64,000 nt of DNA, taken from NCBI RefSeq assembly GCF_009914755.1, contig NC_060935.1; one strand, written 5' to 3'. A model generated the notes under the pieces. The model searched no databases. It was not told the DNA's origin and saw nothing but the letters and a program-made list of their open reading frames with translations. Numbering within the stretch: position 1 is the first letter of the stretch; every line of letters starts with the position of its first letter. The position numbers and the translations under genes are program-made. Positions 58,560 to 64,000 of this stretch are shown here, one piece after another. This DNA is from the human T2T-CHM13v2.0 reference genome, Homo sapiens.

Positions 58560-59028
58560 GGCTAGTTATGGATAGAATTTTGGTTGTCTATGAATGTGGT
58601 TGGGAAAAAATTATGTATCTTTATATTTTCACCAACTTCTAAGGCACGTTAACATAGCCTTACATTATTAATTTAGGCAAAACACTGTAGTAACATCACC
58701 AGTACCTCTAACTTTGTCACTAATAGAAACCACAGATATTTTCATATCACTTTACATTGCAAATATCTCAAAATACGTTTGTCATCACCATTTATTGCAA
58801 TTATGTAATTAGGTTGTTAGTACCTGCCACTAAATCTTCTTATTTATTGCACTAATAAAGAAGCACATATACTATGATTATCACTATTTTAAAAATATAT
58901 TTTGGTTCAACACAAATGCCTTTGAAATCATAATAGTCTTGTTTAACGTTACTCAAAAATTTTCTGAGAAGCGGCTTTACTATATTACCAAAAAAGTGCA
59001 CGGCACATACAAAACTGAAGAAATTCTG
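58560..59028. mobile_element. MER119-like hAT-Charlie remnant
   Basis: ctttgtcactaatagaaaccacagatattttcatatcac...aataaagaagcacatat...tgagaagcgg. Confidence 0.55.
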
Positions 59029-59038
59029 TTCCATAGGA

Positions 59039-59377
59039 CAGTGGTCCCCAACCTTTTTGGCACCAGGGACTAGTTCCGTGGAAGACAATTTTTCTACAGA
59101 GGGGGTGAAGGAGGGTATGATTTTGGGATGAAACTGTTCCACCTCAGATTTTCAGGTATTAGATTCTCATAAGGAATGCCCAACCTAGATTCCTCACATG
59201 CACAGTTTACAATAGGGTTTGCACTCTATGAGAATCCAATGCCACCACTGATCTGATAGGAGGTGGAGCTCAGGCAGTAATGCTTGCTCGCCAGCCACTC
59301 ACCTCCTGCTGTGTGGCCCAGTTCCTAACAGGCCATGGACCAGTACTAGTCCACAGACTGTGGGTTGGGAACACCTG
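59039..59377 (-). mobile_element. MER1B hAT-Charlie MITE, full length (339 bp)
   Basis: TIRs cagtggtccccaacc / ggttgggaacacctg; 8-bp TSD CCATAGGA/CCATAGAA. Confidence 0.92.
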
Positions 59378-59603
59378 CCATAGAATATAATCCAAACTCT
59401 ATTATAGGAAATCCAAAACTTTTCATAGAGTCTATAGGACAAGGAGCATTTCTTGACACAAGTTGAGCCCATTAGAGTCTTTCTTAATAATTTTTTTTAA
59501 ACTAGATTTGGAGATTTACTCAGCTTTTCTTTGGGGACATAATACATGAAGGTGTTAGACGCTCAATCTTCAGCGGCTGTGTTTTCCCCACTGTGGTCAA
59601 AAG

Positions 59604-59606
<3 letters not shown>

Positions 59607-59654
<48 letters not shown>
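59607..59654. repeat. (GT)24 microsatellite
   Basis: Perfect 48-bp GT run. Confidence 0.98.
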
Positions 59655-59658
<4 letters not shown>

Positions 59659-60430
59659 CAAAGTTAACCAACAAAAAAGAAGATTCATGGACCAAGAGAC
59701 CCAGCAGCATTTCAGCCTGGCTTTAGTTAGACATGAAGGTTGACAGAATTCCTACCTTTCCTATAGTTTAGTTCCTAAGCCCTTCAACTGAGGTACTCCC
59801 ATATATACTTAATAAATCCAGTCCTTTGCCCAAGATGGTTCAGGTTGGATTTCTGTTACTGGCACTGAAATGAGCACCTAGTAATAATCTGCATTTTCAA
59901 TTGTATATACATGTTTGCCTTTCATTGTAAAGACATGTAAAGAAAGGCCCAGATGACTTGAGACTATTTTTGTCAAGAAGCATATCAGATTGAACGAGAG
60001 TGTCATTCATTTGTTCCTTCATTTTCAAACATTTATTGAAATCTATTCTATGCCAAAAATGATACTAAAATCTCAGAACTGAGAAGCTATGTACCACCTC
60101 TGGCCTTAACAGCATCAATAACAAAGATTATGTATACATAATAAAGGTTCTGATAAACATATCCACAGCAGGTAATAGAAACACAGACAATAGTTACTTA
60201 GCCCACCTTGGAGACATCAGGGAAAGGATAGGTAATAAGGCAGGGTTTTCTGGAGCAGATGAACCTGGGAAATATAGATGACAAATTAGAAATTTCATGT
60301 CTTTCTGAGGTGGTGCAATTGTGCAACTTGTTTGGTTTTTAATTTCTTTTTAAATTATTTTCAATAGCCATCTTTCAGTGGTTCCATTATTTCATGTGCA
60401 AGAATTGACAGGATAAAAATATCTTGATAC

Positions 60431-60441
60431 TGCTGAGTCAC
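60431..60441. promoter_or_regulatory. Perfect NF-E2/NRF2/BACH (ARE/MARE) motif
   Basis: TGCTGAGTCAC (reverse complement GTGACTCAGCA); second AP-1 site TGACTCA at 60557-60563. Confidence 0.3.
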
Positions 60442-60839
60442 TCAAAGTAGGATTCTCCTTGGCAATTGGTATGTGTCTATCTAGGGAATATGTGACTCCT
60501 GAAACTGATCATATTCTCTTTGGCTTTAGCCACTAAACATTTTTGAGCCACGCTTTTGACTCACTTTTTGGAATCATTTGAGAACTATGCCAGAGACTTA
60601 TTGTATTAATTTGCCCTTTGGTTTCATTTTACCTCTTTTCTACTTCCTCCAAGCTGACTTTCATCTTTTTCATCCCTTCATCTTTTGTGTTTTAATCTGT
60701 GAACATTATGAACATTTTCCTGTCTTATCATGTTGCCTGTTTTATTATAAGCAATTACAAAATCTTATTTGGATCTAGAGATATAATAAATAAATGCACT
60801 CATAAACAAAAGTAAACTAGTACTATTTAATCACTTCCA

Positions 60840-61400
60840 TTGCCTGTCTCTCCTCAGGGTCCATTTAAAATTCTTCTAAGTGATTATCCTTCAGCTTTTT
60901 CTCTCCTTCCAAGTGTATTCTGTATGTCATTAGTCTACACATTCAGGATAAGTCATTCCTAAACAATGAGTATGTTTATATCAAATTGCTTTGCTTCTCA
61001 AAAAGTTTCCATGACTCCCCATGGTCTATAAAGCAAAATTCAACCTCCTTAAATGGATTCAATTCAAGGATTTTCATGCAATGGACCCACCTTGCCTTTT
61101 CAACGTAGTCTCTCATTTTCTCCCTTTCCATTATCCCATATTATAGTCCAAATTGATCAATTACTATTTCCTGTCCATGACCCTGTATTTTCATCCCTCT
61201 GTTTTTAATTAAACTAGACCCTGTCACCCCTTTAATCTTCACATATCTAAATCATATTTATTTGTCAAGGCCCAGTCCAAATGCAACCATCTTCATTCAG
61301 TCCTAATTCTTAATTATTCCCAGTAGAAATGAAATATAATTTCTGAGCTTTATTGAGAATTCAGCTATTCCTTCCATTGGCCATTTAACTTATCTTACCT
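60840..61400 (+). mobile_element. L2 remnant
   Basis: tccatgactccccatggtctataaagcaaaattcaacctcctt...tcaaggcccagtccaaatgc. Confidence 0.55.
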
Positions 61401-61444
61401 AGTTATATTATTTAATATATACCTTTCTCCCACAATATTAATAG

Positions 61445-61700
61445 TAGTAGTAGCAATGGCAGTAGAACATTTATCTTATGCCAAACACTTCTAAACATTT
61501 CACTTGGATAGCTTATTTATTTCTCACAGCAACCATGTAAGTTAAAAACCATTATTATACCATTTTACAGATGAAGAAACTAAAATAATAACAATTAAGT
61601 TGTGTCTCACAAAGGTTACATTTCTAGAAGATGAAATTACTAGCCCTCAAACTTGAGTAGTCTGACTCTAGAACTCATTCTCACCCCTGTTCCACTATTC
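61445..61700 (-). mobile_element. MIR
   Basis: ccattttacagatgaagaaact...gtctgactctaga. Confidence 0.75.
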
Positions 61701-63678
61701 TCCCTACTGTGATAGACTAAGATCACTGAAAACAGTTCTGAGTTTGGTACAACTTTGTAGCCTACATAATGTCCAACATCATATTTTGGGTCTAATTAGT
61801 GCTCAGGGAAGATGTGAGTAAAAAAAATGAGTTAATAAGTTATGTTTAGACATTACCAGGGATAACAACATTTGAGACAAAATGAAACAAAACACAACAG
61901 CCCTTTCTACTAAAAACATATTTTGTTCCTTTTTAGTGTCATTATCAGCTATGAATTCAGTCTTTTTTAAAAAGTTTTTACTGAAGTATGTAACCTAGTA
62001 GCTACATTTAATAATCGTTAGTAATAGTTATGGCTTTCTTTGCTATTATTATTATTGCTGTCAGTACCACAGTGAATTAGAAAGAAATATGTAGATTCCC
62101 AATGCACAACAGAGAATGCTAAGTCTTCATTCAGCTGGCTGAATGATATGGTGAAGATTATTTTCATAGCCAGTACTAAAATCAGTGGCTTTGCATTTCC
62201 AGGCTGGTGATCAGAACAACAGAGCCCACAGCTACAACCTAATCTCAAGAATCATACCTGCTTCTTTAACAGAAAACAGAAATGAAATCCATTCATTACT
62301 GGTCTGTGACATATTTGGTAGCATTCAGAAACTCAATTTCTATGATCATCTTTATTCATTTATCTAAAACAGAAGTTGTGATGAAAAAAAATTGAAGACG
62401 ATTTATGTGCTTAACTGGCACCAGAAAATTCAAGATGTTATGCAACTTCAATTTTTAAATAGCATTTTCTTCCACCTCAGAATCACAAGCACAGGAAAAA
62501 TAACCAACCTTTGTTTTGAACTCCCTTGCTTTTGTCATTTCATGGCAAATTCTAAAATGCTTACAGATAACAACTTTGATTCATTCTGACTAGGTAGATG
62601 AAGCCAGTCTAATAGCAAATGCTGGTATTCCAACTTCAAAAGATATGTAGAGCTAAGTCATTTCCTATTTATGATCTATCATCCTTTCTGAAGTATAAAA
62701 AATGTTGCATAGACTATACGGACAGAAGAGGAAAAATTAAATTTAACAACTTTCTGCAACAGGCATGCCTTTCTCTAGAGACAACCCCAATTATCTTAAC
62801 TGTAATAAGAAGTTAATTGTTAGTAGCCTTCCCTCTGCCAACTTTCTTCAACTTCAGTCCCCAAACATGCAGACTGCCTTCAAAGTAAATAAAGATTCAT
62901 TGCAGGAACAGGGATGCAAGTGGCTCAAGCTGGAAGCAATGACCCAAGGGGCTTATATTAAATTTGATCTCTGACTTTAATTGTGACTCTAAACAGATGA
63001 TAAATTACCCTTTATTTGAACTCAACAGCTGTGTACTCTCCCCATCTTAGTCCCACTCCCCTCTCCTCTAACCCTTCCTAATATAATTCTCTTTCAATAT
63101 CTCCTACCTCTGTTAATATGACCGTTATCTATTAGTCACTGTGTCCCTTCCGGACCCCTACAAAGTCTCTATTCAACTGTGCTGGTTCCTCTCCTAATGC
63201 CTTCCCAGATGCTAAGGAGTTAGGTCTTTTCCATGCTATTTGTTCTACCACTTCCCTTTCTACTAACAATCCCAATCATTGTACCATGCAAACTGGAGGG
63301 GACCTATTCCTTTAACTAAAAAGGAACATGTTGCAAGCAATGGGAACATCATATTCATCAGTGGCAATATGGCCTCAGCTTGTGAAGGGCTTAGCAAACT
63401 ACCAGACCTCAATAGCACTCCCTCTTTAAAGATTGCTAAACCTTTATCTTTGATCAGCACATTTCTGGTCTCTCAAGCATAGCTGAGAAAAGGAACTCAG
63501 AACTAGAGTTCTGATAGCACCAGGTCACAGAGGTTCATTGTCATGTCACAAACAACTGCCACCACTTTTATTATTTGAGTCAGTTTTATTGTTCTCCTAG
63601 TATAGGAAGAATACTGTTTAAAATAAACCCTGGCTGCTATTGATTGTTCCTTTTGACCAATCATATAATTACTCTTCA

Positions 63679-63751
63679 GAGAGACAGAGAGGGAAAGGGA
63701 AAGGGGAAGGGAGAGAGAGACGGAGCGAGAGAGGGAGAGAGTGAGAGAGAA
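63679..63751. repeat. GA-rich polypurine low-complexity tract
   Basis: gagagacagagagggaaagggaaaggggaagggagagagaga...gagagagaa. Confidence 0.9.
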
Positions 63752-64000
63752 TATGATGTAAATCTAGCTTTTGGCTAGATTTTACATAGCAGAGAAATTC
63801 TGGAATGACTGTTGAGGGTGACACAAAGAATAGAACATATCTTTTAGATTGATTTATTACCCTTTAAAGTGAAGGCAAAATAATCCATTAGATATGGAAT
63901 ATTAGAACTTTTGTCTCATTTCAAAATTTTATTTTGCATGTGTATTGTTTGTATATGCATAGAATATTGATAAAATGGTAAATGTGGATAATTTATAAAT

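Overview
This is AT-rich, repeat-dense primate DNA, most likely human or great ape (AluY and L1PA3-type elements are present). It is not prokaryotic, and there is no operon, CRISPR array, rRNA or tRNA. The only real protein-coding signals are decayed LINE-1 ORF2 remnants; the other ORFs in the track are chance, Alu-derived or microsatellite-derived. One clean 38-nt exon with strong splice sites lies on the minus strand (17642-17679), and every recognisable L1 is on the plus strand. The window is therefore probably intronic to a large minus-strand transcript that I cannot name. I found no new biological system. The most notable structures are: (i) an old L1PB-type insertion carrying an apparent ~138-bp 3' transduction, with a second polyA signal, an A-tail and a 16-bp TSD; (ii) a head-to-tail L1 pair with no intervening polyA that shares many private variants, including stop codons, over ~700 bp, pointing to gene conversion or a common source; (iii) the small exon and nearby candidate regulatory motifs. 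Repeat subfamily names come from recalled consensus diagnostics, and boundaries of old repeats are approximate.
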